Shown: positions 38,905 to 49,458, counted from the first letter of the whole stretch. The stretch: DNA of 62,690 nt, filler included, from Actinomycetota bacterium (GCA_025963875.1; 5 parts of 5 records of this genome joined end to end with filler, not necessarily neighbours in it); one strand, 5' to 3'. Numbers and translations are program-made. Notes: generated from the sequence alone by a model not told the origin.

Positions 38905-39578
38905 GGCGCCACCACCAGGTCTGCGGGCAGCTCCACCTTGCGCAGGCGCCGGGCCGGGACGCCCACCCACACCTCGGCGGCAGGGACGTCCTCCAAGACG
39001 ACCGCTCCGAGGCCGACCAGGGCCCAGGCCCCCACGGTGAGGGACTGGCGGATCAGAGCCCCCGAGCCGATGTAGGCGCCGTCGCCCACGGTGACCCGGC
39101 CCGCCAGGCGGGCGCCGCTGCCAAAGGTGGCGTAGTCGCCGATGACATCGTCGTGGGTGAACACGGCCCCCGGCATGACGGCCACATGGGACCCGATCCG
39201 GACTCCCGCCGTGGCGACCGCTCCGGCCAGCAACACCGTGCCGCCCCCCACCTCGACCGATCGGCCGACGGAGGCGAGCGGGTGGATGAGCGTCGCGTAG
39301 CGATCGGGCGGCAGGCCGAGGCGCTCCACGATCCGCTTGCGCGAGAAGTAGAAGCCCGGGTGCCCGGTGCTGACGATGACCTTGGCATCGAGGTGGTCCG
39401 CGACCGAGGAGATCGGCCCCAGCACGGGGACACCGTCCACCTCGGTCCCCGCTGCATCGGGGTTGTCGTCGAGGAACCCGAGCAGCTCGTAGGTCGGCTT
39501 GTCGTCGTTCACGGCCCCGACGGCCTCGGCGGTCTCCCGTCCGAAGCCGCCGGCGCCGACGATCAGCAACGCCTCCAT
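38901..39578 (-). CDS. NeuD/PglD family sugar acetyltransferase
   Basis: GAGGFGRE, GFLDD, LIHP, HDD and hexapeptide repeats. Confidence 0.9.
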   Translation of the reverse strand: MEALLIVGAGGFGRETAEAVGAVNDDKPTYELLGFLDDNPDAAGTEVDGVPVLGPISSVADHLDAKVIVSTGHPGFYFSRKRIVERLGLPPDRYATLIHPLASVGRSVEVGGGTVLLAGAVATAGVRIGSHVAVMPGAVFTHDDVIGDYATFGSGARLAGRVTVGDGAYIGSGALIRQSLTVGAWALVGLGAVVLEDVPAAEVWVGVPARRLRKVELPADLVVAP

Positions 39579-40723
39579 CAGGCCGAGGCTGGGACCAAGG
39601 CGGCGTCGCGCAGCACGCCGACCACACGGTCCTGGTCGTCCTCGGTCATGGTGTGGAACAGCGGCAGGATGACGGACTGGCGGGTGAGGCGCTCCGTGAC
39701 CGGCAGGGGCCGGTGAGGGTGCCCGGCGTAGGCCGGCTCGAGGTGCGACGCCATGATGCCCCGCCGCGGCGAGATCTGGTTGTCCATCATCGTCTGCAGC
39801 AGCCCGTCCCGGCCGACCGGGAAGTCGTCGGGGAGCACTACCCAGAACGACTGGTAGTTCGTGGTGCCGAAGGACGGGTCCTGCGCCATGGTCAGGCCGG
39901 GGATCTCGCCGAGCAGCTCCTGGTACCGTGCGGCCAGCTCACGCCGGCGGGCAATGATCACATCGAGCTTGGACAGCTGCACCAGGCCGACCGCGGCCTG
40001 GATGTCGGTCATCCGGAAGTTGAAGCCCATCTCGAGGTACTGCTCGATCACGGGGCTCTTGGCGCCGTGGCGGGCTGCGGCGCTCACGCTCATGCCGTGC
40101 TCGCGCAGCCGGCGCAGCCGCTCCGCCCAGTCCTCCCGGGACGTGGTGATCATGCCGCCCTCGCCGGTGGTGAGCACCTTGCGCGGGTGGAAGGAGAAGA
40201 CGACCAGATCGGAGTGCTTGCCGACCAGCTCGCCGTCGATGGTGGAGCCGATGGCGCAGGCTGCGTCCTCGACCACCGCGATCCCCAGGGGGTCGCAGAG
40301 CGCGTGGATCGACTTGACGTCGGCGGGGATGCCGCCCTGGTGGACGACCATGACCGCCTTGGTGGCCGGGGTGAGGCAGGGCTCGATCGTGGCAGCCGAG
40401 ATGTTCTGCGTGGCCTCCTCGACGTCGCAGAACACGGGCGTGGCCCCCACGTAGCGCACCGCGTTCTGGGTGGCGATGAACGACAGCGAGGGCACGACGA
40501 CCTCGTCGCCTGCGCCGAGGCCGAGCAGGTGCATCGCAAGGTGCAGCCCGGTCGTGCACGACGAGACGGCGATGGCCTGGGTGGCGCCGACGCGGGCTGC
40601 GAAGTTCCGCTCGAACTCGGCGACCCGCGGGCCTTGGGCGACCCATCCGGAGGCGATGGCCTCACTGGCTGCGGCGGCCTCCTCGGGGCCCAGGAACGGG
40701 CGGATGATCGGGATGACGTTCAT
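39578..40723 (-). CDS. DegT/DnrJ/EryC1 sugar aminotransferase
   Basis: SSCTTGLH, EDAACAIG, SFHPRKVLTTGEGG and GFNFRMTD. Confidence 0.93.
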   Translation of the reverse strand: MNVIPIIRPFLGPEEAAAASEAIASGWVAQGPRVAEFERNFAARVGATQAIAVSSCTTGLHLAMHLLGLGAGDEVVVPSLSFIATQNAVRYVGATPVFCDVEEATQNISAATIEPCLTPATKAVMVVHQGGIPADVKSIHALCDPLGIAVVEDAACAIGSTIDGELVGKHSDLVVFSFHPRKVLTTGEGGMITTSREDWAERLRRLREHGMSVSAAARHGAKSPVIEQYLEMGFNFRMTDIQAAVGLVQLSKLDVIIARRRELAARYQELLGEIPGLTMAQDPSFGTTNYQSFWVVLPDDFPVGRDGLLQTMMDNQISPRRGIMASHLEPAYAGHPHRPLPVTERLTRQSVILPLFHTMTEDDQDRVVGVLRDAALVPASA

Positions 40724-40790
40724 AGCGACTCCTCCTTGACAACGAGAGCGGGAATTGAACGGGGTGAAAGTTGAATGTCCGTGCTGATCA

Positions 40791-41777
40791 TCAAGCCGGG
40801 ACCGCTTCGGCTTCGAGCGCCTTCTCGGCCCGCCACCACTCCACGAGCCGGCGCAGGCCCTCGTCCAGGCCAATCTCGGTGCGGAACCGGAGACGCTTGG
40901 CGGCAGCCTCCGGGTCGCCGACTCGGCGGGGCACCGGGTTGACCGCGCGCTCGGGGCCGTACTCCGGAAGGAGGTCGGAGCCCATCGCCCGTGCCAGGCC
41001 GTGCGCCAGGTCGGTGAGCGACGTCTCGGTGCCGCTGGCCACGTTGAAGACCTCGTCGGTCACCTCGGAGGTGGCCGCCAGCACGTTGGCCCGGGCCACG
41101 TCGTCGACGTAGACGAAGTCCACCGTCGTGGTCCCGTCGCCCAGGATGAGCGGGGGGATGCCGGCGGCGATGCGTTCCATCCACTTGATCATGACCTCGG
41201 TGTGCCCGCGGATGGCCATCCTCGGCCCGTAGACGTTGAAGTAGCGAAGCGCAACGTAGTCGAGGCCGTACATCTCCTTGAAGCTGCGGAGGAGCTGCTC
41301 GTTGAAGCTCTTGCAGGCTCCGTACAGCGTGCGGTTGGCGTAGAGGTGGTGGCCCTCGGGGGTCGGGAACTGCTCGGCCATCCCGTAGACCGCCGCCGAC
41401 GAAGCGGCGACGAGGCGCGGGACGCCGGCGGCGACGGCGGCCTCGAGGACGTTGAAGGTGGCGTCCACCATGACCTCGATGGCGAGACGGGGCTCATCCG
41501 CACACTGGGTGATGCGGATGGCCGCCTGATGGAAGACGACGTCGACGCCGGCCATCGCGGCCGTGAGTAGCCCGGTGTCCCTCAGGTCGTTGTGGATGAC
41601 CGTGATGTTGCCGTTGGCCTGGGCCCAGGCCAGGTTGGCCGGCCTGCCGCGAGAGAACTGATCGACGACGATGACCTCGGCCGCCCCCGCCTCGACCAGC
41701 TGGTCGACGATCGTGGAGCCGACGACACCGGCGCCGCCGGTGATGAGAAAACGTTTGCCGCCAACGGATGGGTTCAT
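40791..41777 (-). CDS. NAD-dependent sugar epimerase/dehydratase
   Basis: TGGAGVVG, YGACK and LRYFNVYGP. Confidence 0.92.
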   Translation of the reverse strand: MNPSVGGKRFLITGGAGVVGSTIVDQLVEAGAAEVIVVDQFSRGRPANLAWAQANGNITVIHNDLRDTGLLTAAMAGVDVVFHQAAIRITQCADEPRLAIEVMVDATFNVLEAAVAAGVPRLVAASSAAVYGMAEQFPTPEGHHLYANRTLYGACKSFNEQLLRSFKEMYGLDYVALRYFNVYGPRMAIRGHTEVMIKWMERIAAGIPPLILGDGTTTVDFVYVDDVARANVLAATSEVTDEVFNVASGTETSLTDLAHGLARAMGSDLLPEYGPERAVNPVPRRVGDPEAAAKRLRFRTEIGLDEGLRRLVEWWRAEKALEAEAVPA

Positions 41778-41788
41778 ATGGAGACCTC

Positions 41789-42838
41789 TCATCGATAATC
41801 CAAGGGAACGAGGGCACCTGCTCGGTCGAGGCTCGCCGTTGCGCCCTCCAGCACCCGGAGGACGCGCAACCCGGCTTCGCCGTCGGTCACTGGGACACTG
41901 CCGTTGCGGATGGCGCCGGTGAACTCGGCGACGACACCCTGGAGCGCCTCGGACTCGCGGAGGGCCGGAGCGATCATCTCGCCGACCCGGTACGAGATCA
42001 TCAGCTGCTCTTTCACGGCAGCTTCCCGCTGGCCGTTTTCGAGGTTGCCGCTGAGGTCGACGCCCCGATCGTACATGCTCAGACGTTGTGACGGATTCAG
42101 GTCGTCCCAGACGACCACGCGCTTGGACCCCCCGATGATCATGGTCCTCGTCTTGGTCGGGCTGAGCCAATTGATGTGGATGTGGGCGATGGCGTTGCCG
42201 GGCAGCGGGAGGGTCAGATATCCGACGCAGGACCTGCCGGCGCCGATGGGGTCCGCGCCGTGGGCGGCCACCGCCCGGGGCGAGAAGGTGTCGCCCAGGA
42301 CGAAGTCGAGGATCGAAAGATCGTGCGGTGCGAGGTCCCAGAACACGTCGATGTCTGGCTGGACCAGACCGAGGTTGATTCTCACCGAGTCGACGTACTG
42401 GATGTCGCCGAGCATGCCCGAGGCCACCAGCTCGCGGAGCTTGCGCACCGCCGGGGTGTAGCAGTAGGTGTGGTCGCACATGAGGACGAGGCCGTGATCG
42501 GCGGCGGCGGCCACGAGCTTCTGGCCCTCGGTGACCGACGATGCCAGCGGCTTCTCCACGAGAAGGTGTTTGCCGGCGTCCAGGCAGGCCATACCGAGCC
42601 AGCCGTGGGTTCCTGCAGGCGTAGCCAGGGCCACCGCCTCGACACCCGGGTCCGAGAGCACATCCTCGATCGACTCCGTCACCCGCACCGTGCTGTAGCG
42701 CCCGACGACTTTGCGCGCCCGGTCACCGACCAGGTCGCAGACCCAGCGTAGGTCGACATTCTCGGAACCCAGGAAATTGCGGAAGAGGTTGGGGCCCCAG
42801 TACCCGGTCCCGACGATGGCCACGCCGACCGGCTTCAT
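41789..42838 (-). CDS. Gfo/Idh/MocA family oxidoreductase
   Basis: GTGYWG, VEKPLA and DLAPHD. Confidence 0.92.
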   Translation of the reverse strand: MKPVGVAIVGTGYWGPNLFRNFLGSENVDLRWVCDLVGDRARKVVGRYSTVRVTESIEDVLSDPGVEAVALATPAGTHGWLGMACLDAGKHLLVEKPLASSVTEGQKLVAAAADHGLVLMCDHTYCYTPAVRKLRELVASGMLGDIQYVDSVRINLGLVQPDIDVFWDLAPHDLSILDFVLGDTFSPRAVAAHGADPIGAGRSCVGYLTLPLPGNAIAHIHINWLSPTKTRTMIIGGSKRVVVWDDLNPSQRLSMYDRGVDLSGNLENGQREAAVKEQLMISYRVGEMIAPALRESEALQGVVAEFTGAIRNGSVPVTDGEAGLRVLRVLEGATASLDRAGALVPLDYR

Positions 42839-43266
42839 ACGGCCCTCGGCCCTGTTTCGGAACCAACGCGGTCATTCACGCCCGTATCCTCGCTTTCAGC
42901 CAGATTGACAGTTGGCCAACATTCCCAACCGGCAGGTCACGGCTTCGGCTGAGGTCGGCTCCAAAGGATAGGCCGGTCGCAAGGCCGTCCGACACCATCA
43001 AGGAGCGTAGAAAATCTACGACCGCGAGCGTAACCGAGGGCGACTCCTCCCTCCTAAACTGATCCCATTAGTTCACTGAGCTAAGGAACCTTATGCGGCA
43101 AGCCCGCGGCAGGTTCAACGGGGGATTTTTGCGGACCAAAGGCGTTCTCGCCTTCTGGTCGCCCCCGTTTCCCCTGACCCCCCCGCAGAGCGCGCCCTGA
43201 GCAGTACCGCAGCAATGCATCACCTGACGTTCGTAGACGCAGCGGGACCGGGGGGCGGGGGAATCC

Positions 43267-44702
43267 ATGAGCAGATCACGCGTGGTGAGTGACGACGGGC
43301 CATCGCCCCAACCACTCGTTCGGGCAAGCACGAAACGGCGGGGTGTGCGGGCATCCCTTCAGGCGGCGCTGCCGCTGCTCATCCTCGACGCAGCCGCGAT
43401 TGGCCTCGCGTGGTCCTTCGTGGCATTCCTGGTCGAGGGACGCCTCCAATACCCGGGCTCCCGGGTCGGTGCGCCGCTCATGGTCCTGGCGGTTGCAGCC
43501 TTCATCCTGATCGGCAACCACGCCCGCGGCCTCTACGCGGAAGCGAGAGCCGACCGGGCCGTCGAACTGGTCGGTTGCGCCCGCTCCTGCTTCGTCGCTG
43601 CAATCGCGGTGATGGTGGCGGGGGAGGCCGCCGGACTCGAGCCGGGGCCGTGGCGGACGGCCCTCGCCACTGCTGTGTGCCTGCTTCTGCTCATCGTGGT
43701 CCGGTCCGGCTACCGCGCCCGCATGACGGTGCGGCGGCGGGCGAATGACGCGGTTCGTCCCGCCATTGTCGTCGGAGCCAACGACGAGGCCTTCGAGCTC
43801 TGCCGCCTGCTGGACCAGGACTCGGCGTTCGGTTTCCGGCCGTGGGGTGTGGTCGGAGAACGCAGCCAGTACGAGCGGTACCCGTTCGACCCTCCGTGGC
43901 TTGGCGACGTCGACTCGATCGCGTCGGTCGTTCGGCATTTCGGCATCGACCAGGTTTTCGTTGCCCGCACGGCGCTTTCGGCGGCTGCCTTCGCCGAGCT
44001 GACCCGCGTGTTGACGGCACGGGGTGTGCACGTGGCCGCCAGCAGCGGGCTCGCCAGCATCGACCAGCGTCGCCTGAAGATCATGCCGATCGCTCAGATG
44101 CCCGTGTACTGCCTGGAGGCGACCGGGCCGTCACGGCGAGAGGCATTCGTCAAGCGGGCGGTCGACGTCGTGGTCGCGGTGGCCACACTCCTGGCCGGCC
44201 TGCCCGTCATGCTGCTGACCGCGCTCGCCATCCTCCTCTTCGACGGCCGGCCGATCCTGTTCCGCCAGCAACGGGTGGGACGACACGGAGTCCCGTTCAC
44301 CATGTTCAAGTTCCGCACGATGGTGCCCGACGCCGAAGTGAGGATGATCGACCTCCTGGCCGAGAACGAACGCCAAGGGCCGCTGTTCAAGCTCACCCGT
44401 GACCCCCGGGTCACCCGCATCGGCCGGTTCCTCCGGGACTCCAGCCTCGACGAGCTGCCGCAGCTGGTGAACGTTCTGGCCGGGAAGATGAGCCTGGTGG
44501 GACCACGCCCCGCCCTGCTGTCCGAGACCGAGTCCTTCAGCAAGGAGCTCCTGGCCCGCAACGGGTCGCGGCCCGGCATGACCGGGCTCTGGCAGGTCGA
44601 GGCGGGCGACGACCCCTCCTTCGTCCTGTACCAGCACCTCGACCTCTACTACGTCGAGAACTGGTCCACGGCCCTGGACCTGGCGATCCTCGTCGCCACC
44701 AT
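43267..44702 (+). CDS. Polyprenyl glycosylphosphotransferase (priming sugar transferase), 3' truncated
   Basis: TM region, KRAVD, FRQQRVG, KFRTM, DPRVT, LDELPQL, MSLVGPRP and PGMTGLWQV. Confidence 0.93.
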
Positions 44703-44802
44703 NNNNNNNNNNNNNNNNNNNNNNNNNNNNNNNNNNNNNNNNNNNNTTAATTAATTAANNNNNNNNNNNNNNNNNNNNNNNNNNNNNNNNNNNNNNNNNN
44801 NN
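44703..44802. other. Artificial contig spacer
   Basis: N run with TTAATTAATTAA. Confidence 0.99.
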
Positions 44803-44816
44803 GGAAGGCCCTCCCG

Positions 44817-45419
44817 TTATGGCTCTAAGGCGTGGCGGACGAAGGTCACCAGCTCCTGCTCCCGCTGGCGGAGCGCGGTATGGCCGCTCGGACGCCCGGC
44901 GACGGCTCGCAGCACGCCCGCCTCGGCCAGCGAGCCGACGACCGCGGTGTAGAGCGTGAACAGCAGGAGACCCGGATCCTGCCGGCGGAACTCGCCCGCC
45001 TCCATTCCCCGCTCCAGAAAGCCCAGGGCAGACTTGCGGAACGGCTCGAGGGCGTCGGCCACCCGCTGCACGACCGCCGGGCTCCGGCGGGCGGCCTCCC
45101 GGAGGAAGAGCGGGAATTCGGGCCAGTGCTCTGCGAGGCGGAACAGCGTCCGGATGACGGACTCCACCCGGTCCAGGCCGCCGTCCGGGCCGCCGAGCAC
45201 CCGGCTGAGCGACTGCTCGAGGCCGTTGACCAGGGCGTCGACGCAGGCGTCGAAGAGGTCCTCCTTGGTCGGGAAGTAGTAGAGGAGCGTCTGCTTGCGG
45301 ACCCCGGCCGCCTCGGCGACGGCCTCGAGGGTGGTGCCGTCGTAGCCCCGGGCGCCGAACGCGCGGAGGGCGTGCCGTACCAGCTCCTCCTGGCGCCGCT
45401 CCCGGGGAAGGCGGCTCAT
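44817..45419 (-). CDS. TetR family regulator
   Basis: GYDGTTLEAVAEAAGVRKQTLLYYFPTKEDL. Confidence 0.92.
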   Translation of the reverse strand: MSRLPRERRQEELVRHALRAFGARGYDGTTLEAVAEAAGVRKQTLLYYFPTKEDLFDACVDALVNGLEQSLSRVLGGPDGGLDRVESVIRTLFRLAEHWPEFPLFLREAARRSPAVVQRVADALEPFRKSALGFLERGMEAGEFRRQDPGLLLFTLYTAVVGSLAEAGVLRAVAGRPSGHTALRQREQELVTFVRHALEP

Positions 45420-45429
45420 CGGTGGCGAA

Positions 45430-46956
45430 TCACCGCGGAGGCTGCCCCCGGCGTGGGCGGCGGGTCAGGAACCAGCCCCGCTCCGCGAGCGGCCGGTCGG
45501 GGCGAGTCGCCGGCGGGGATTCCGAGGTTTCGGGCGAACCCTCTGCCGGGGGGTCGCCCTCCACCACGTTCACCTCGAAGAACGCATCGTCCCCGGGGTC
45601 GCCGGGGCCTGGGTCGTCGTGCCTGGGGAAGGCCTTGTCGAGCAGGGCCTCGATCCGGGCCAGCTCCCCGGCCGTCGGCTCGGCCGGCGTGCCCGAGGTC
45701 TCGTCCGGCAGCGGTGGTTGGAGGTGAGGTCCGTCGTCCTGCATGGCCTGGGCGAGCACCTCCTCCACCCGGGCCAGTGCCGCCTCCGTCGCTCCCCCCG
45801 GGGCGGAGGCCGGCTCTTCTTCTTGGTTCGGATCGAACGGGACCAAAGCGATCTTCCAGTCGCCGACGGGCGCTGGCTCGGGCAGGACGATCTCGGGCTC
45901 CGGGAAGACTGGCTCGGGCAGGACGATCTCGGGCTCCGGGAAGAGGGTCTCCTGTTCCGGAGCGGCAGTCGCAGGGCCCGCGTCCGGCCCCGGCTCGGCG
46001 GCGGTCTGCCAGCCGGCGCCGCTCCAGAGGTGCTCGGCCTCCCACTCGTGGGTGTCCGGCGACCACACCGACTTCGCCCGGGACGGCCGGATCGGCCGGG
46101 AGCTCTCCCACATCCGGCGCCAGGTGGCCACCTGCGGGCCGCCGGGATCGAACAGTTCCCCGGACGCATCGAGGCGGATGGCGTTCCACCAGCTCGAGTG
46201 GTCCTCCTCCAGCACCTTGCCGAGGCCCTGTCGCAGCCGGTCGCTGAACGCCGAAGAGCGCTCCCCTTCAAGGGGGCGGATCGGCAGGCCGAAGCGGATG
46301 CGCACGGGGGGACGGCCCGGCTTCGGCCAGCTCCGGCCCCTGGGCATGGCCTGGTAGGCCCCGATGAGGGCCACCGGGACAACCGGGACCCCTGCCTCCA
46401 TCGCCAGCCACGCCGCGCCGGTCCGGAACTCCCCCACCCAGCCGTCGGGGGTCCGGCTGCCCTCCGGGAACAGGACGAGGCTCCATCCCTCCGAGATGAG
46501 CTGGCGGGCCATGCGGGCCGACCGCAGCCCGCCGCTGCGGGCGATGGGGAAGGCGTTGAACACGACGGTCGTGGCGATGGACCGGTACCAGGTGTCGAAG
46601 AAGTAGTCGGAAGCGGCGCCGACGACCGCCTTGCGGCGCCACCTGGTCGGCAACGCCGTGAGGATCGTGGGGGCGTCGAGGTGGCTGGAGTGGTTGAGCA
46701 CGAAGATGGCAGGCGGCTCGATGGTGTCGAGGACGTCGCGCCCGCACACCTCGGTCTCGACCTCGAAATGCAGCAGCGGCGAGAGCCCGAAGCGTTGCAC
46801 GACCTCGCGGGCCGCCCGTCCGACCGGCGTGCGCCCCCAGGCGGTCGGGAAGTCCTTTGCGGGGTCCCGCTCGCGCTCCACCGATGCCGGGAGGACGCGG
46901 CGGCGGGTCCACCGCCACCCCTTGGCGACCTGCTCGAGGTCCCGGGTGAGTCCCAT
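45430..46956 (-). CDS. Lysophospholipid acyltransferase (PlsC family) with an acidic Pro-rich tail
   Basis: NHSSHLD, FPEGSR and VPVVP; low-complexity C-terminus. Confidence 0.88.
   Translation of the reverse strand: MGLTRDLEQVAKGWRWTRRRVLPASVERERDPAKDFPTAWGRTPVGRAAREVVQRFGLSPLLHFEVETEVCGRDVLDTIEPPAIFVLNHSSHLDAPTILTALPTRWRRKAVVGAASDYFFDTWYRSIATTVVFNAFPIARSGGLRSARMARQLISEGWSLVLFPEGSRTPDGWVGEFRTGAAWLAMEAGVPVVPVALIGAYQAMPRGRSWPKPGRPPVRIRFGLPIRPLEGERSSAFSDRLRQGLGKVLEEDHSSWWNAIRLDASGELFDPGGPQVATWRRMWESSRPIRPSRAKSVWSPDTHEWEAEHLWSGAGWQTAAEPGPDAGPATAAPEQETLFPEPEIVLPEPVFPEPEIVLPEPAPVGDWKIALVPFDPNQEEEPASAPGGATEAALARVEEVLAQAMQDDGPHLQPPLPDETSGTPAEPTAGELARIEALLDKAFPRHDDPGPGDPGDDAFFEVNVVEGDPPAEGSPETSESPPATRPDRPLAERGWFLTRRPRRGQPPR
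45873..45944. repeat. Exact 2 x 36-bp tandem duplication (FPEPEIVLPEP)
   Basis: ctggctcgggcaggacgatctcgggctccgggaaga occurs twice. Confidence 0.92.
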
Positions 46957-46960
46957 ACGC

Positions 46961-48538
46961 CTACTTCACGTCCGCGATGAGCAGCGGCGGCACCTTCATG
47001 GCGGTGATCCGGGGCGAGCGCCCGACGGTCTCCGACGCCATCTCCAGCGCGTCGGCTAGGGTCCCGGCGCTGCGGAAGCCCAGCCGCGCCACCGTCTTGC
47101 GGTCCCCGCCGACGTAGATGACGTCGCCCAGGTAGCTCATGGCATGGGCTGCCCAGTACCACATGTAGAACGGGTGGACGCCGTGGTAGGCGTTCGAGGT
47201 CCGGTAGAGGTGGATGTACCAGGGGTCGGTGGCGTAGGCCTCCTCGTACTTGCCCTCGATGACCGAGGGATCGGTCGTCTCGGCGAGGACCTCCTCGAAG
47301 AAGTCGACGTAGCTCGGGTGGTGCACCTGGTTGAACTCCCGGCGGACCGGATGGAACATGATCATCACGCCGCCCTGGCGCACGAGGGGCTTGTTCCGGT
47401 AGAGGTTGAAGAAGTACCCCAGCCCCATACACACCACGAGGATGGGGTTCATGATCGAGTTCACGTTGTACGGGCCGACGAAGGGCAGGCCGGCGATGAG
47501 CACGTCGCTCTGCCCTGACACCTCGACGAGTTGCTGGCGGTGCAGCGTGGCCAGCGTCCGCTCGTGCACCGCCTCCGTCTCCCCGGCGTTGATCCCCGTG
47601 ATGCCGTAGGGGGAGAAGATCTTGTGGAAGATCGACCGCTTGAGGTGCACCGGCGCCTTGTCGGTGGCGGTCTTGGCGGCGAGGTAGGCGGCCTGGTCCC
47701 TCGCCGACCACTCCCACTCGCGCTTCTGCAGGAAGTCGAAGGGCGACCCGAACGTGTCGTTGTTGAGCGTGACCTCGACCGTGAAGATCTTGAGGTGCTC
47801 CGCCAGCAGGTGCCCCATGCGGGCGGCCGAGGAGTGCAGCGCGCTCGCCGGGGGGTCCATGTAGGAGCGGCTGTGCATCATCGTGTGGACGTTGTGGTGG
47901 TGGCGCAGGCTCCGGTAGGAGGCGAGGCCCACCGGCACGCTCTTGTGGCCGCCGTCCATGGCGACGAGGTTGATGTTGACGTAGACGAGCAGGTCGCTCT
48001 CGGCGGCGCGCTTGGAGATCTCGACGTCCTCGCCCTGCTCCGTCCTGCCGATCCAAGTGAGGTTGGCCCTGTCCTCGGCGTCGAAGTTGCGGAGCGAGTG
48101 GGGCCAGAAGGACCGGTAGACGCGCTCGCCCACCGTGCGCTTGATCTCCTCGGCGGTCATCCGGCGGTGCAGAGCGTTGGCGACGAGGAGCTGGACGTCG
48201 TCGACCCCGGCCCGGGCGGCCCGCTCCAGGATGTGCTCCAGGATGCGGCCGCGGATGTCGGGCGTCTTCATCTGGGGCAGCGGCAGGGAGATGTCGTCGA
48301 AGGCGATGGTCAGCCGCATCCCGCCCCGCAGCAGGGCCGTGAGCGGCTCGGAGCCGTGGGGATGGTCGAGCGCCCGGTCGATGGCGGCGTCGACGTCCTT
48401 GATCCCCGGGAGCGACTCGGGCGGGTAGACGACCCTGCTGCCGAGGGGGAGCCGCTCCAGGCGGAATCCCTCACCGTTGTGAAACAGCAGTGGCGGGGTC
48501 CGCTCATCCACCTCCAGCACAAAGCCCGGTCTGCTCAC
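46961..48538 (-). CDS. Lactate-racemase-like N-terminal domain protein (LarA/DUF2088-like)
   Basis: IAFDDISLP, ANALHRRMT and MDGGHKS pattern of the LarA superfamily. Confidence 0.75.
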   Translation of the reverse strand: MSRPGFVLEVDERTPPLLFHNGEGFRLERLPLGSRVVYPPESLPGIKDVDAAIDRALDHPHGSEPLTALLRGGMRLTIAFDDISLPLPQMKTPDIRGRILEHILERAARAGVDDVQLLVANALHRRMTAEEIKRTVGERVYRSFWPHSLRNFDAEDRANLTWIGRTEQGEDVEISKRAAESDLLVYVNINLVAMDGGHKSVPVGLASYRSLRHHHNVHTMMHSRSYMDPPASALHSSAARMGHLLAEHLKIFTVEVTLNNDTFGSPFDFLQKREWEWSARDQAAYLAAKTATDKAPVHLKRSIFHKIFSPYGITGINAGETEAVHERTLATLHRQQLVEVSGQSDVLIAGLPFVGPYNVNSIMNPILVVCMGLGYFFNLYRNKPLVRQGGVMIMFHPVRREFNQVHHPSYVDFFEEVLAETTDPSVIEGKYEEAYATDPWYIHLYRTSNAYHGVHPFYMWYWAAHAMSYLGDVIYVGGDRKTVARLGFRSAGTLADALEMASETVGRSPRITAMKVPPLLIADVK

Positions 48539-48567
48539 AGCTGCTCCTCTCGATCAGTCATCGTGGT

Positions 48568-49356
48568 TCACGCATCCAGCCGCGGGTCGAAGGCGACCTT
48601 GACGCTACCCAGGCGTCCCGCGGACATGGCGTGGTCCACCGCTTCCTTGTACCGGGCGAGGGGGTAGGCCTCGGTCACCAGCCTGCCCAGCCCCTTCTCG
48701 GCGACCAGCTCGATGGCCTCGGGGAACGCCCCAGAGCCGGTGTAGGCGCCGACGAGCTCGAGCTCGCGGAACCATGCCGGGGACAGGTCGGCGCCCTCCG
48801 GCATCCCGGCCAGCACGATGCGGCCCCTGCCCCGCGTGGCGCGCAGGGCGAGGTCGAGGGAGTCGCGCGAACCCACGCACTCGAAGGAGACGTGTGCCCC
48901 GCCGAGCAGGAACGGCAGGCCCAGCTCGGGCCGCAGTCGGAACGCCCCGGTGGCCCGCCGCACCGCGCCCAGCGCCTCGTCGCTCGACACGACCGCCGCC
49001 CCGAGGTCCCGGGCGATGGCTGCCTGCCCCCCGTGCTTGGCGACGGCGATCACCCGGGCGGTCGGGGCGAGGGAGCGCACGGCCGCCACGGTGAGCAGGC
49101 CGACGGTCCCGGCACCGACCACCAGGACGGTGGCGTCGAGGGGGATGGCCGCCCGGCGGACCGCATGGATGGCGCAGGCGGTGGGCTCGATCATGACCGC
49201 GGCGGTGTCGGGCAGGTCATCGGGGACGGCATGGAGCTGGGTGTGGTGGGCGAGCATCATGGCGCTCCAGCCCCCGCCGGTCGAGTTGCAGTAGCCCGTC
49301 TGCAGGCCCGGCCGGAGGTGGCCCGCCATGATCCGTTCGCAGAGCCAGGGCTGGCC
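48568..49356 (-). CDS. Zn-binding alcohol dehydrogenase (5' truncated)
   Basis: EPTACAIH, GAGTVG and FECVG. Confidence 0.85.
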   Translation of the reverse strand, partial: GQPWLCERIMAGHLRPGLQTGYCNSTGGGWSAMMLAHHTQLHAVPDDLPDTAAVMIEPTACAIHAVRRAAIPLDATVLVVGAGTVGLLTVAAVRSLAPTARVIAVAKHGGQAAIARDLGAAVVSSDEALGAVRRATGAFRLRPELGLPFLLGGAHVSFECVGSRDSLDLALRATRGRGRIVLAGMPEGADLSPAWFRELELVGAYTGSGAFPEAIELVAEKGLGRLVTEAYPLARYKEAVDHAMSAGRLGSVKVAFDPRLDA

Positions 49357-49358
49357 CT

Positions 49359-49458
49359 NNNNNNNNNNNNNNNNNNNNNNNNNNNNNNNNNNNNNNNNNN
49401 NNTTAATTAATTAANNNNNNNNNNNNNNNNNNNNNNNNNNNNNNNNNNNNNNNNNNNN
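49359..49458. other. Artificial contig spacer
   Basis: N run with TTAATTAATTAA. Confidence 0.99.
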
